A program made the position numbers and the translations under genes. From the IMG/VR virus record IMGVR_UViG_3300023174_005548, positions 1 through 64,000 of that record: a stretch of DNA of 64,000 nucleotides. One strand, written 5' to 3'. Under the pieces are notes generated by a model. That model searched no databases, was not told where the DNA came from, and saw only the letters and a program-made list of their open reading frames with translations. Source of the DNA: a virus. Numbering within the stretch: position 1 is the stretch's first letter; every line of letters begins with the position of its first letter. This document shows positions 37,427 to 48,695 of this stretch, in pieces.

Positions 37427-38029
37427 TTAAAAATTACCAGCTTTTACAAATGGTTTATAAAAAAAATTAATGTACCCATTTGGTTCTCCTGCATTTAAAA
37501 AAACTCCATCTGGACGAGAATTAATTATAACTGGTGCTTTTTGATATGGGAATATTGCTATTAATCTTCTACCCATTTTTATTTTATAATATTTATCTCC
37601 ACTTTTATCTGTTGCAATTTCATAACTACCAGAGAAATCTTTATCTGGAAGAGTTTGATTAACAATTAAATTCGCTGAAGCTACAGAGTATTGTGTTTTT
37701 ATTCCATCTTCAGTTCCAAATTTAGAAAAATTAATTTCTATATATAAATAAAGATCTTCTGTATTTTGATATACAAAATCTATCCATTGTCCGGGTTTTT
37801 TTGGTGTGAAATTATTAAATGATTCTGGGTAAACTCCATATACAGCAAAATCTTCATTCAGTTTATATTGATATTGTTTAGATGTTCCATTTGGTTTTTG
37901 TTGGACTGTAACTATATTGAGATTATAGTTAGGTTCATGAAAATTTTCTTCTTTGGGAATAATTATATTTGAATCTGAAGAATAAATGACTGGATAAAAA
38001 TCAAATTGATCATCTATTTTATAAGACAT
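37427..38029 (-). CDS. Tail-associated protein, paralog 1 of 3
   Basis: YNLNIV...YLYIEI...SANLIV...RRLIAIF. Confidence 0.65.
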   Translation of the reverse strand: MSYKIDDQFDFYPVIYSSDSNIIIPKEENFHEPNYNLNIVTVQQKPNGTSKQYQYKLNEDFAVYGVYPESFNNFTPKKPGQWIDFVYQNTEDLYLYIEINFSKFGTEDGIKTQYSVASANLIVNQTLPDKDFSGSYEIATDKSGDKYYKIKMGRRLIAIFPYQKAPVIINSRPDGVFLNAGEPNGYINFFYKPFVKAGNF

Positions 38030-38030
38030 T

Positions 38031-41000
38031 TTATACTCCTGTAATTAAAGTTGAGTATACTGTATTATTAATACCAGAAAGAGTTAGTTTTCCAATTAAT
38101 GGACTGTAATCTGTATAATTAGTATAATCAAATCTGAAATTAAATAAACTTCCTGTATCAAATATTCCAGATCCAGTATATGATAAAGTATTTTCATTAT
38201 AAACTAATCCAGTATAAATTGTATCACCGATTCCAGTATCAAAAATTCCAGTTAAAATATTAAATGAACCAGAAAAACTTTTTGTATATTGAGGTACTCC
38301 AGTTAAGTATCCAGTTGTTATAATATTTCCAGTTGTATAAGTGAATATACCTGTAGCGTATACTAATGGATTATTAATATCATATAAACCAAATGATCCA
38401 CTCACAAGTTGATAATTTCCACTAGTTATAAATTGAATTTGTGGGGTTATTACATCTCCACTATAATTTATCTGTAAAACATCACCAGTTGATAAACCAG
38501 TATAATTTCCAGTAATAATTCTTGATCCTGTAACATTTATTCCAGTTAAATTATAAACTCCTTGAGATGCAAAATATGTTCCACTTACTACTGCTCCAGT
38601 ATAAGTAGATACTGCGTAAGTTCGTGATACTTGTATAGTGCCCGTTAATGGAATATTTGTTAAAAGTGGATCTCCACTTATGTTTGATATACTATAACCA
38701 GAACCAAATAAAGCTCCAGTAGTAATGATGCCATTCTCATAAACAAAGTCGTTAGAACTTGTATTTCCAGACATATATCCAGTAAATTTTCCAGTAGCTA
38801 TCCATAAACCAGTATCTCTAATTAAAGTTTGAATTCCACTTACAATTCCTGACCCAGTTTCAAAATAATTCCTTACTCCAGTAAAAGTTGTAAAATAAGA
38901 CGTTGTTAGTACTTCATTGATAGATCTATTAAGAGTAGAGTTTACAGTTGTTCCTTGATTTGTAACATAACTAAATGAATAATTAGAAGAGTAATTAACT
39001 CCAGAGTAATTTAAATAATAATTATAAATTCCACTACTATTACTTAATGTTAAATTACCTGTGCCAGTTAAGATTGTAGGAATATAAGCAATTCCACTTA
39101 CAAAAGCTCCAGATCCAGAGATATTTAAATATGGATTTAATCTTGCAAAATTTCCACCGACTAAAAATTTATTATTTAAATTAGCTATAGAATTTATATT
39201 TATATAACTTGCGCCAGTTTGAGAATTAATATTTCCCACAAAAGATATAGAAGTAGTTGTTTGATTAGGATTACCGGTACTAAACCCAATAAAATTACTA
39301 AAGTATTGATGAGAATTATTACCAGTTAAATAAGCGAATTTACCTCCAACATATATATTTGATCCAGTATTATATACTGATTGAGTATCACCAGAAAAAT
39401 TTAAACCTAAATTAGTAATTGAATTATCTTGCGTATTTATAACTGCGAAATTTTTATAACTACTACTACTAGTATTTATATTTGAAAAACTACCTACTAC
39501 AGCAATTCCTGTATTATTATAAATTGATGCTTGTTTAATATATTGATTTAAATTTATACTTATTCTTGGATTAAAATCAAGATTTAATCTTCCACTACTA
39601 TTTATTTCACAAATTCCGGGTCTTAAATGTCCGGCGTAAGAGAAGTTGTCTAATATAAAAATTGCATTTGTTAATTTACTCTGATATATGTTAGAAGGAT
39701 ATTTATTTTCTACAGATGGAGTCCAGTTATTTCTTGATAAAATATTGTTTCCACTATCATAATCTAAACTAACAACTCCACCTAAAACATTATAAACATT
39801 AGTATTTGATCCTAAATCGCCAGCAATATAGATTCTATTATTTTTACCTATATTTATGTCATTGACATATTTATATATATCATTATCTGTAAATAAACCA
39901 GTTGGATAATTAGCTATTGTTCCATCATCTTTTGCAGCAATAAAGTTAGTTATTAATGATGGTGAGTTAGGATTATAAGTAAATTCTCCTCCAATTAAAA
40001 GTAGATCGCCAGTTTTTACTATTTTATATACTGCAGCTGGTACAGATTGTATATTTATTAAACTATTAAAAATGGCAGCATTGCTAGAATTAATTTTTGC
40101 AAAAGCTTTTATGAAACTATTTGCAATACTATCAAAATCACCGCCAACATATAAGTATTGATTATCTGGATATAGAGTATATACATTTGTATTTCTAGGA
40201 AGATAAGATAAGAAATTAGTATCTACATCAGAAGTTGATGATCCATCTGTATCAATTCTAACTTTACAAAGCGATGCAATAGATAAATTATTTATTGTAT
40301 AATAATTTCCACCAATATAAATATAATTTCCAGAAACAACTAAAGTTTTTGCTTCAGCATTTCCACCTTGTATATTTGGCGACCAATTCAAAATGTTTCC
40401 ACTATAATCTATTAAACATAATCCGGTTTTTACAGAATCGTTTACATAATTAAAGTTTCCACCTAAATATATTCCAGATGAACCCGTGGCAAAACATTCA
40501 ATCGTAGTATCTATTTCAATTAGATTTTTATTAAAATCAGTATTTGGAATATTAAATCCTGATGTAGAATTATTCAAATTAATAATACCAAATTTTCTAA
40601 TTGAATTAAATGGAGTAATTTTTGCTTGTTGTAATGCGCTTCCTAATAAATAGATATTTCCATCATTTTGTTTTAAATTAGTAATATTAGCATTATCATT
40701 TACAAAATTCAAAGAATGATAAATTTTATTACCACTTATACTATGATATAAAAATTTATTTGCATTTTTATTGCCGCTAAAAGTTGAAAAATTACCAACG
40801 GTAATTAAATCATTATTGTAAAAAGATATATTATTTACTACTTGATTTAAGTTTAATCCAGTATAACTATCTAATTTTAGTACTCCATTTCCTGTAGTTA
40901 AATTTGCTATTTTAGCAGAACCTGTGCCATTTACATTTCCGAAAGCTCCACCAATTATGACAGAATTTCCTGTTACAAATACAGAATAAACATTAGCATT

Positions 41001-44000
41001 AATTGCTGGAGTAAATCCAGTTATTAAACCTCCAGTAATATTTAATTGAATAATTCTATTATCATAATCAGATATGCCGATTGTTGAAGTGTTTTGGTTA
41101 TTTATATCAATACTAGATGACAAATCTCCATATAAAAATAAACCAGTAGTATTATTTGTTATAAATTTTGTGAATCCTTCAAAATTATTGTCAGTGCTTT
41201 GAGAAGTTGTTCTATTAGATATAGGCCTAATACTTTGAAAAACTGAAGGTCTTTTAGTATCTAAAAAGGTTAATCCATTAACATCATTTGATATTCCATC
41301 TGTATAGAATCTATTAATTGTATTATTGGTTGAGTCATATCCTCTTCCAGAATAAAATGTAGCATATGTTCCTACTACTAATATATGATCACCAGTATAA
41401 TGATTAATTTTATTAATACATGAAAAAGAACTTTCTGGATCAAAATCTCCTGTAATTGGTAGTAGTTGTTGAGTATTCAAATCAATTGCTGCAAATTTAT
41501 ATCGAGTTCCACTATTTAAAGATCCTGCACTAGTATAAACTCTATCAAAGTTTCCACCAAAATAACCTGTACTTCCAGTTATAAATATTGTCCTTAATGT
41601 AGTTGGATTATTAAATCCATCAAAATTATAATACTCATTTAAAAGATTTCCGCTAATATCAAATACTGCGCAACCACTTCGAGCAATCCAAGTTGATGTA
41701 TTATTTTGATTTCCTGTTTTGGGTATTACATATTGAAAATTACCAACAACATAATTTTTACCACCAGAGAAATCAATATCATAAGTTGTTGCAGTAGCAT
41801 TATTTCCATAAACTAAAGATGGAGATGCAAAGCTTCTGTCAATTGTAAATGGATTATTTAATTTAATTAAGGCATAAGAGTTGTAATTGTCATTGGCATT
41901 ATCATACTTAACTGAACCAAAACTACTAATATTTCCACCAACAAATAAAGAAGTACCACTCTCAAACATAAAATTAAGAGCTGAAGAGTTTACCTCTGGA
42001 CTATAAGGTAATAAATTTTCTTTTTCATCAAATGCAGCAATATTTACTCTTCTTTTTAATCCCACTTCTTGGAAATTTCCCACTAAATAATTTCTACCAG
42101 TAATAGATAAAGAATCGTAAACAGTTCCACTTAATAAATTAATTTGATTATAACCTGTTACTCCAATATAGTCTTTGAGATGTGCATCATATGGATCAGA
42201 TATAACTGTATCATTTGAGCCATTAAAAATAAACATATTATTATAATATCCATCAATTGTGTCAGCGGTTGAACTTCTTGGATTTGCCCAAAGAGATTGA
42301 GTTGTAAAATTAGATTTTGATAAATTATTAAAATTACCAAATGCATATATTTTTCCATCAATATTTAAAAATTTTGTTATAGAAATATCAGTACCTTGCA
42401 AACCAAAATTTAAATTTAAATTTGTATTGTCAATTTTTATTTTACCTAAAGTATTAAAATTTCCATTCAAATCTATTTCATTAAAATATCCACCAATATA
42501 AACACTATCTCCAGTTAAGAATACGTCATTTAAATAAGCATTTCTAGGAACACCATTGTATGAAACTTTTGGATCCCAACCAGTTAATATAAAATTGTTT
42601 CCTGTTAAAAGAAATCCATTCCATCTTCCAGTTACATCATTAATAGCGTCAAAACTACCAAGCACAAACGTTAAATTAATATCTGGATAAGTTTTAATTC
42701 TATTAATTTGACCAGTTTGAATATCAAAAATAATTGGATTATTTACAAAATTATTTGGATTGCCGCTATCAAATATAACTAATCCTCTTCTTTGTATTGT
42801 TGACTCTTTAAAACCAGTTATAAAACCAATATTTGAACCAGAAACATATATTAAATCTGCATTTGTTAAATTTTCAATGTATCCATAAAGATTATCTCTA
42901 TTATAAACTGCGCCGCTAAATCCTAATTGAATTGGCAAACCACTATTAACTATTTGAAAATCTCCAGTAACAGTTCTAGGTATTCTTGAATAAGAGCCCG
43001 GAGAGAAAGTGACGATACCAGTTCTTTGGCGATTAAATAAATCTCCACTTAAATATCCAGTAGACAAACCACTCATTCTATTGGCTAAATATAAATAATT
43101 TGATCCAGTTACAACTCCAGAAAATATAAATCCTGTACCAGAAACTGTTCCAGTTAACCATGTTGTATTATATCCGCTCATAGCACCAGTTCCGGGAGTA
43201 TTTGGATCTAAATTTGTAACATCTATACCGCCAGTAAAATATTGAACATAATAAGGTAAATTAAATGTTCCTATCGCTAAACCAGTAAAGAAACCTGATG
43301 AGTAATATTGTATATTATTATAATTAAAAATTCCAGTAGCTGCAACATTTGCGATTCCAGTAGCCGGAAATAAACCTGTATAAGTTATATTTTGGTAATT
43401 TTGACCACTTATCGCAGTTAATCCGCTAAAATTAAAGTCTTTAAATCCTAAATCTGTACTTAAAATAGTATCAGTTCCACTTAAATTATAACCATATCCA
43501 GTACCAATTATAGCATCTTTAAACTCTCCAGTTGTTCCACTATAATATTCAAATTTGATATTTAATGGAAGATTACCATAACCAGTCAAAAGCGTTGTAC
43601 CAGAATAAATTCCTTTAGAATAATTTAAATTTGCATATCCATTTTGCAAACTATTTCTAACTCCAGAAAGTAATACACCATCTGGATTAGTAGATAAAAT
43701 AATATTATCTTCTAAAAGGAATAAACCTGTTAGTACTAAATTATTTTGTATTATGCCAAAATTTGTATATAAATTTAATGTTAAGAAATATCCTCCAACA
43801 TCATTTACAGTATTAAGTTTTATATTTCCACTTTTTAAACCACTTATAGTTGTATCAATTGAATTTAAACTAAAATTACCAGTTGGACTTAAGCTCCCAG
43901 AAAATATTTTAAATCCTAAATTAGAACTGTTGTTTACTATTTGACCCGTGAATGTTTTACCTATTTGAAATGTAGATGGAAATAATAATGTAAAATTAAC

Positions 44001-44369
44001 TGAATCGGCGCTATTAATTTTTAAACTAGTATCTAAAATAGCATTTGATGCATTATAAAAAAAGTTTTGAACTTTAAAATTATTCTTTATTCCATTAAAA
44101 CAAACTGGAGTTTTATTTATATAATAAGAATAGTTAGTATTTTCAATATCTCCAGATATATTAAAGTTTGTATTTGTTTGATAAGAGTTTACGTATCTAT
44201 TTTCAAAATCATAAATTTTTCCACTTTGAAAACTAAATTGTATTACATTTCCTTCGCCAGAAAAACCAAAAGCGCCAGAGCCAATTACATTATTAATAGA
44301 ACAATTAAGATCAAAACTTAATCCAGTTTGCTCAAAAATTGATCTATAATTATAACCTGAAACTAACAT
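38031..44369 (-). CDS. Large tail fibre / receptor-binding protein with central beta-propeller (GGxF/VGNF) repeats and [ST]G-rich flanks
   Basis: 2112 aa with repeated YIGGxF/VVGNF blade motifs; located downstream of the tail tip genes. Confidence 0.7.
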   Translation of the reverse strand: MLVSGYNYRSIFEQTGLSFDLNCSINNVIGSGAFGFSGEGNVIQFSFQSGKIYDFENRYVNSYQTNTNFNISGDIENTNYSYYINKTPVCFNGIKNNFKVQNFFYNASNAILDTSLKINSADSVNFTLLFPSTFQIGKTFTGQIVNNSSNLGFKIFSGSLSPTGNFSLNSIDTTISGLKSGNIKLNTVNDVGGYFLTLNLYTNFGIIQNNLVLTGLFLLEDNIILSTNPDGVLLSGVRNSLQNGYANLNYSKGIYSGTTLLTGYGNLPLNIKFEYYSGTTGEFKDAIIGTGYGYNLSGTDTILSTDLGFKDFNFSGLTAISGQNYQNITYTGLFPATGIANVAATGIFNYNNIQYYSSGFFTGLAIGTFNLPYYVQYFTGGIDVTNLDPNTPGTGAMSGYNTTWLTGTVSGTGFIFSGVVTGSNYLYLANRMSGLSTGYLSGDLFNRQRTGIVTFSPGSYSRIPRTVTGDFQIVNSGLPIQLGFSGAVYNRDNLYGYIENLTNADLIYVSGSNIGFITGFKESTIQRRGLVIFDSGNPNNFVNNPIIFDIQTGQINRIKTYPDINLTFVLGSFDAINDVTGRWNGFLLTGNNFILTGWDPKVSYNGVPRNAYLNDVFLTGDSVYIGGYFNEIDLNGNFNTLGKIKIDNTNLNLNFGLQGTDISITKFLNIDGKIYAFGNFNNLSKSNFTTQSLWANPRSSTADTIDGYYNNMFIFNGSNDTVISDPYDAHLKDYIGVTGYNQINLLSGTVYDSLSITGRNYLVGNFQEVGLKRRVNIAAFDEKENLLPYSPEVNSSALNFMFESGTSLFVGGNISSFGSVKYDNANDNYNSYALIKLNNPFTIDRSFASPSLVYGNNATATTYDIDFSGGKNYVVGNFQYVIPKTGNQNNTSTWIARSGCAVFDISGNLLNEYYNFDGFNNPTTLRTIFITGSTGYFGGNFDRVYTSAGSLNSGTRYKFAAIDLNTQQLLPITGDFDPESSFSCINKINHYTGDHILVVGTYATFYSGRGYDSTNNTINRFYTDGISNDVNGLTFLDTKRPSVFQSIRPISNRTTSQSTDNNFEGFTKFITNNTTGLFLYGDLSSSIDINNQNTSTIGISDYDNRIIQLNITGGLITGFTPAINANVYSVFVTGNSVIIGGAFGNVNGTGSAKIANLTTGNGVLKLDSYTGLNLNQVVNNISFYNNDLITVGNFSTFSGNKNANKFLYHSISGNKIYHSLNFVNDNANITNLKQNDGNIYLLGSALQQAKITPFNSIRKFGIINLNNSTSGFNIPNTDFNKNLIEIDTTIECFATGSSGIYLGGNFNYVNDSVKTGLCLIDYSGNILNWSPNIQGGNAEAKTLVVSGNYIYIGGNYYTINNLSIASLCKVRIDTDGSSTSDVDTNFLSYLPRNTNVYTLYPDNQYLYVGGDFDSIANSFIKAFAKINSSNAAIFNSLINIQSVPAAVYKIVKTGDLLLIGGEFTYNPNSPSLITNFIAAKDDGTIANYPTGLFTDNDIYKYVNDINIGKNNRIYIAGDLGSNTNVYNVLGGVVSLDYDSGNNILSRNNWTPSVENKYPSNIYQSKLTNAIFILDNFSYAGHLRPGICEINSSGRLNLDFNPRISINLNQYIKQASIYNNTGIAVVGSFSNINTSSSSYKNFAVINTQDNSITNLGLNFSGDTQSVYNTGSNIYVGGKFAYLTGNNSHQYFSNFIGFSTGNPNQTTTSISFVGNINSQTGASYININSIANLNNKFLVGGNFARLNPYLNISGSGAFVSGIAYIPTILTGTGNLTLSNSSGIYNYYLNYSGVNYSSNYSFSYVTNQGTTVNSTLNRSINEVLTTSYFTTFTGVRNYFETGSGIVSGIQTLIRDTGLWIATGKFTGYMSGNTSSNDFVYENGIITTGALFGSGYSISNISGDPLLTNIPLTGTIQVSRTYAVSTYTGAVVSGTYFASQGVYNLTGINVTGSRIITGNYTGLSTGDVLQINYSGDVITPQIQFITSGNYQLVSGSFGLYDINNPLVYATGIFTYTTGNIITTGYLTGVPQYTKSFSGSFNILTGIFDTGIGDTIYTGLVYNENTLSYTGSGIFDTGSLFNFRFDYTNYTDYSPLIGKLTLSGINNTVYSTLITGV

Positions 44370-44370
44370 A

Positions 44371-46896
44371 TTATTTTGGCCTATATGTATTTAACTTGAT
44401 TGTTGGTTGAATTTTTTGAGAAATAGCTTCTCTTTTTGGAAGAATTTTTGGTCTGTTCGCAAAACTCAATTGAGTTGTTGCGCCATTTTCATTTAAATTT
44501 ATACTTAAACTAGTTAAACCTTTTTCTGGAGTAATATATTGCCCTAAAGTACTTAAATTTAATCCAATAATTGATAAACTTAAACTTTTTCGTGGTACAG
44601 TAATAGAATTAGTTATTTTTTTAGTTAAATCTGCGTGATATTCCGCAGGCGTTACCTTTTTAAATGTATTTGGTGTTACTCCGTCTGGCACAAACATATT
44701 AATAATAGTACTTCCATCAACGGGGCTTAAGTCATTTGATATGTCGGATTCTGCTACTTGTAATGATAAAGTATTTTCGTCAATTCCATCAATTGAACCA
44801 AGAACTATTTTTTGTCCGGGCACAGTAAATTTCAAGCTATTATCTATTGATTCAAATCCTGTATAATCTGCTTCACTTGGCATAAAAATATCTATACTTT
44901 TTCCATCCGTGCTTAATGTAAGTTTTCTACAGGTAGGTGGAGTAGTTAATCCTACATATGGTTCTTGTGCGTCCGCGCATTTACCACATACATCTTGAAC
45001 TAAATCAGTTTCACATTTAGTAGTGCATTCTGCACTTTTTTGTGGATCATCTTCGTTTTTTGCTAATTCAAGCTTATTTGTATCACTTCCTATGGTTGCA
45101 ATAAGTCCTTGATTCATAATAGATGATGGAGGTAAAAATACAAAAACCACTTTTTTCTCTCCAGATTCTCCAGCTGCTTTTAAGCTGTCGATTTTAGCTA
45201 TAATATTTGTTAATTGTTGAGCTAATTGAGTATCATTATTTTTTTGAGCTTCATTTCTTGCTCCAACGAGCCTAGTATAAGCTAAACCTTCTATTGGTAA
45301 AATTTGAGGAATATATTTTTCAAAAGGATCACTTCCATCTCCATTTAACATTTTGGCATTATAATCTTCTATTGATGTACCATAAGTGGCAGATCTTTCA
45401 AATATATAACTCGCAGGAATACTCCATTCTAATCCACCTACTCCTTCTGGTCCAATTATAGCATCAGCAAATGGTAAATCATATTTATTTGCATTTGTAT
45501 AAACTGTAGAAGCTGGAGTTACTGAAATATTTTTTTGATAAAAAAAAGTTTCTCCACATTCTTGTCTTGAACTAGCTGGTTCACTTTGACTTTCATAATA
45601 TTTTCCTATCATATTTGCTACAGAACTCTCCCAATTTGTGTATTTTTCTTTTTGAGATGGATCATAAACTGCAATAAAAATTTGTGCTCCATTGTATTTG
45701 TTAATCATATTTGTTATAGCTGGATTATTGTATCCATAAGTGAAAGCTTGTGTGAAAATATTATTATTTTTTTGCTGAGGGGATATTGTTATAACATTTA
45801 TTAAATTACTATAACCTATATATTTTCCTTTTGTTTGCATGTTTTTTGCACAATAAACTGTTCTAGCGTTATCGTTATATTTTCCTAAAACTGCTCTTGT
45901 AATTGATTCAATATTTACTTTAATTTTTTCTGGTTTAATACAAGTAAATGTTCTTGTATTTTTTGCAGAAGTATTTGAATTTTTAACTTTTGATGGTTTT
46001 AAATATCTTGATATATGTTTTTGAGTTACGGTTCCTTCAAGAGATTGACTTTCATTAAAAGATTCTATAGCTAATGTATTTGAGTTAGTTGTATTAATAT
46101 TTAAACTACTGTTTGCAGATATTATGCTTTTAATTTCAGAAATATAATCTACTTCTAATTTTAAATCTATTCCTCTTATTGTATTCGTTTGAAAATCCCA
46201 ATAAAAAGTATATCCAAAATCTGCACACCAATTAGACAAAACTTCTCTTAATGTTCCAACGTAAGTTTGATAATATAATGGATTAATATCAGCTAATCCA
46301 AGAACATTAATTCCAGCTTGTGATATGGCTTGCAATAATAAAGTAAAATTATAAGCAACATCTGGAATATCGCATGCGCCTTCCATGAATTGCTCTTGTC
46401 CTAAAATTATACTTCCACCACGATTTAAATCGACATTAACTTCTAATCCAGAATATATTGATCTATATATATTATTAGTTCTAGTTTCAGAACTTAACCC
46501 ATCACATTTTACACATGCAGCGCTAAGTTCAAATGGTATGTTTGGGCCATATCCAGCTGAACCATGTCTATTTATAAGACCAATAAAAATTTTATCTAAT
46601 ATAAAAGAATTATCAAAAAAATTCAAAGTAGCTACTTTTTGACCAACACTTCTGCTGATTTCATATGAATAAAGATACATTTTAGAAAGTATTAAATCTC
46701 CAATTTTAATATAATAAGAAGTTGTTAAAGAATTCGGAAAAGAGGAAAAATCACCATTTTCTTTTACTATATTTAATGTTAATTTTGTGGGACTTTCAGA
46801 AAAACCTAGCTCAAGATTTGAACCATATATATAGCTGTCGAATATTTCTCCAGAATTGCCATTAACAATAATCTCTTCGATTTTTTTGTAAGCCAT
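44371..46896 (-). CDS. Tail tip / baseplate hub-like protein
   Basis: 841 aa. GTLREVLSNWCADFGYTFYWD is hub-like, and it ends in TSLSINLNENGATTQLSF; lies downstream of the TMP. Confidence 0.55.
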   Translation of the reverse strand: MAYKKIEEIIVNGNSGEIFDSYIYGSNLELGFSESPTKLTLNIVKENGDFSSFPNSLTTSYYIKIGDLILSKMYLYSYEISRSVGQKVATLNFFDNSFILDKIFIGLINRHGSAGYGPNIPFELSAACVKCDGLSSETRTNNIYRSIYSGLEVNVDLNRGGSIILGQEQFMEGACDIPDVAYNFTLLLQAISQAGINVLGLADINPLYYQTYVGTLREVLSNWCADFGYTFYWDFQTNTIRGIDLKLEVDYISEIKSIISANSSLNINTTNSNTLAIESFNESQSLEGTVTQKHISRYLKPSKVKNSNTSAKNTRTFTCIKPEKIKVNIESITRAVLGKYNDNARTVYCAKNMQTKGKYIGYSNLINVITISPQQKNNNIFTQAFTYGYNNPAITNMINKYNGAQIFIAVYDPSQKEKYTNWESSVANMIGKYYESQSEPASSRQECGETFFYQKNISVTPASTVYTNANKYDLPFADAIIGPEGVGGLEWSIPASYIFERSATYGTSIEDYNAKMLNGDGSDPFEKYIPQILPIEGLAYTRLVGARNEAQKNNDTQLAQQLTNIIAKIDSLKAAGESGEKKVVFVFLPPSSIMNQGLIATIGSDTNKLELAKNEDDPQKSAECTTKCETDLVQDVCGKCADAQEPYVGLTTPPTCRKLTLSTDGKSIDIFMPSEADYTGFESIDNSLKFTVPGQKIVLGSIDGIDENTLSLQVAESDISNDLSPVDGSTIINMFVPDGVTPNTFKKVTPAEYHADLTKKITNSITVPRKSLSLSIIGLNLSTLGQYITPEKGLTSLSINLNENGATTQLSFANRPKILPKREAISQKIQPTIKLNTYRPK

Positions 46897-46924
46897 AAAA
46901 CCTTATTCCTTGTACCGATTAAAA

Positions 46925-46930
46925 TTACAC
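46925..46930 (-). promoter_or_regulatory. GTGTAA motif followed by an AAGG-repeat leader
   Basis: Reverse complement taaatatgtgtaa...tacaaggaataaggttttATG. Confidence 0.55.
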
Positions 46931-46940
46931 ATATTTACTA

Positions 46941-48692
46941 TTATAGTATATTAAATGAAGTGTCTTCATTATTATAATAATTATATGGTTTTTGAGCAGG
47001 ATAGAACAAAGAATTTAACAAGCTTTGGCAGTTAGTTTTGACGTAATTTTGATTTTCTTCTTGAAGAATACCATTTAAATATACTTGTTCTTCAGTTAAT
47101 GGCACAAGATCACCAGTTAAAACAACATAATTACCAGTAAATGTGCTATATATAATGCTTGTGCGAGATGTAGCTAGTACTCTGCCAGTAGAGTCGTTGA
47201 TATTCGCATTAAATGTAATTGTTGGGCCTGAAATTGTATAGTTATATCCAGATATTAATTTTTGGCCATTTAAATACATTGAATTATTTAAATTATTATT
47301 TAAAGTATAAGTATATGAGCTTCCAGTAAAGTTAATTACTTGAGGAGTAGTCTTGGTGTCAAAATAAACTATACTATCTGTAAATTGATCAAAAAATCCA
47401 TTACTATTTACATATCTATTGCCAGAAAGATTGTAATTTCCACTTACTATATTTCCGCTTATATTAAATCCAGATTGTTGGAAAACTCCATTAGAGAAAA
47501 GATTAATGCTTTGACCAGTTGACTCTAATCCTAAAAGGAATTGTTGAAGAGTATTATCATATTGAGTAACTTTTCTATAATTATCTAAAAAGCCTGTATA
47601 AGTATTTATTTCAATAAAGTCTCCAGAATCAATTGGATATAATAATTTTAATCTATTGTTTGAATAATTACTTAATCTATTAGCGTCGTAATTAATAGTT
47701 TCTGGTATGGTTATAGATATTCTTTTTGATCCAGTTGTTACTCCTGTGATGAATTGAATTTGCTCACCATAAAGTAATCCTGTAACACCAGATTGACTAA
47801 ATATTGATATTGAACCACTTCTAGTTGGAATTGTTCCAACACTTATTCTTTGAAATCCAGTTATTCCAGTACCAATGACAGCAGCATTAACATAACGACC
47901 ACTTGATATTTTATTATATCCAGTAACTATTGAAACTGTACTTGCTGGAGTTATACTTGAACAAAATATTCCACCCGCTAAATTATTTCTTTGACCATAT
48001 CCAATATAACCAGAAAAATATAAGAAATCATCTACAAAACCTTTGAATCCAGTATAATTAGTATTAGCTCCACTAAAAGTATTTCCAAGAAAATAAATAT
48101 TTGAATTAACATAATTGGGAAGCTCAAAAGCCTCTAATGTATTAGATGAATTAGCAAAATCATGACTAGATAATTCAAAAAAATTATTATTTTTACTTAA
48201 AGAAATTAAACTATTATTTTTATTCTCGTAGCTTGAAGTATAGGTATTTTTTCCAGAAATATCATTATATTCTAAGAAAAATTTATTAGCGCCGTTGAAT
48301 CCAAATGAGAAACCAGAGGTGCTAGCTGGAGTATTTTGATTGGTAATTAAAACTGTTGATTTATTTCTTTCTATATTGCAATCGAAGTTTTTATAACCTA
48401 AAAACATTGTCCAATTTTGTTCATTTAAATAATTACTCACTCTAAATATTGCTGTGCCAGAAAAGAATCCAGACCCAAGATAATCATTAAATTCACCAGA
48501 ATTTAAACTTACAATAAATCCGGGGTTATTGTCTATATAAACAAATCCGCCACTATATTGACTGTCGGCACTATACAAAGAATTAATTACTACAGAATCA
48601 CCAGATATCCTAGAGAAATCATAATATACCTTCCAACTACCTGTGGCAATTGAGTTTATATTTAGTATTCTGTTATAATCTGATATGTTCAT
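46941..48692 (-). CDS. Tail protein with N-terminal LamG-like domain
   Basis: VYYDF, FKGFVDDFLYF, and repeated LNGQKL/YLNGILQ elements; [ST]G-rich. Confidence 0.65.
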   Translation of the reverse strand: MNISDYNRILNINSIATGSWKVYYDFSRISGDSVVINSLYSADSQYSGGFVYIDNNPGFIVSLNSGEFNDYLGSGFFSGTAIFRVSNYLNEQNWTMFLGYKNFDCNIERNKSTVLITNQNTPASTSGFSFGFNGANKFFLEYNDISGKNTYTSSYENKNNSLISLSKNNNFFELSSHDFANSSNTLEAFELPNYVNSNIYFLGNTFSGANTNYTGFKGFVDDFLYFSGYIGYGQRNNLAGGIFCSSITPASTVSIVTGYNKISSGRYVNAAVIGTGITGFQRISVGTIPTRSGSISIFSQSGVTGLLYGEQIQFITGVTTGSKRISITIPETINYDANRLSNYSNNRLKLLYPIDSGDFIEINTYTGFLDNYRKVTQYDNTLQQFLLGLESTGQSINLFSNGVFQQSGFNISGNIVSGNYNLSGNRYVNSNGFFDQFTDSIVYFDTKTTPQVINFTGSSYTYTLNNNLNNSMYLNGQKLISGYNYTISGPTITFNANINDSTGRVLATSRTSIIYSTFTGNYVVLTGDLVPLTEEQVYLNGILQEENQNYVKTNCQSLLNSLFYPAQKPYNYYNNEDTSFNIL

Positions 48693-48695
48693 ATA

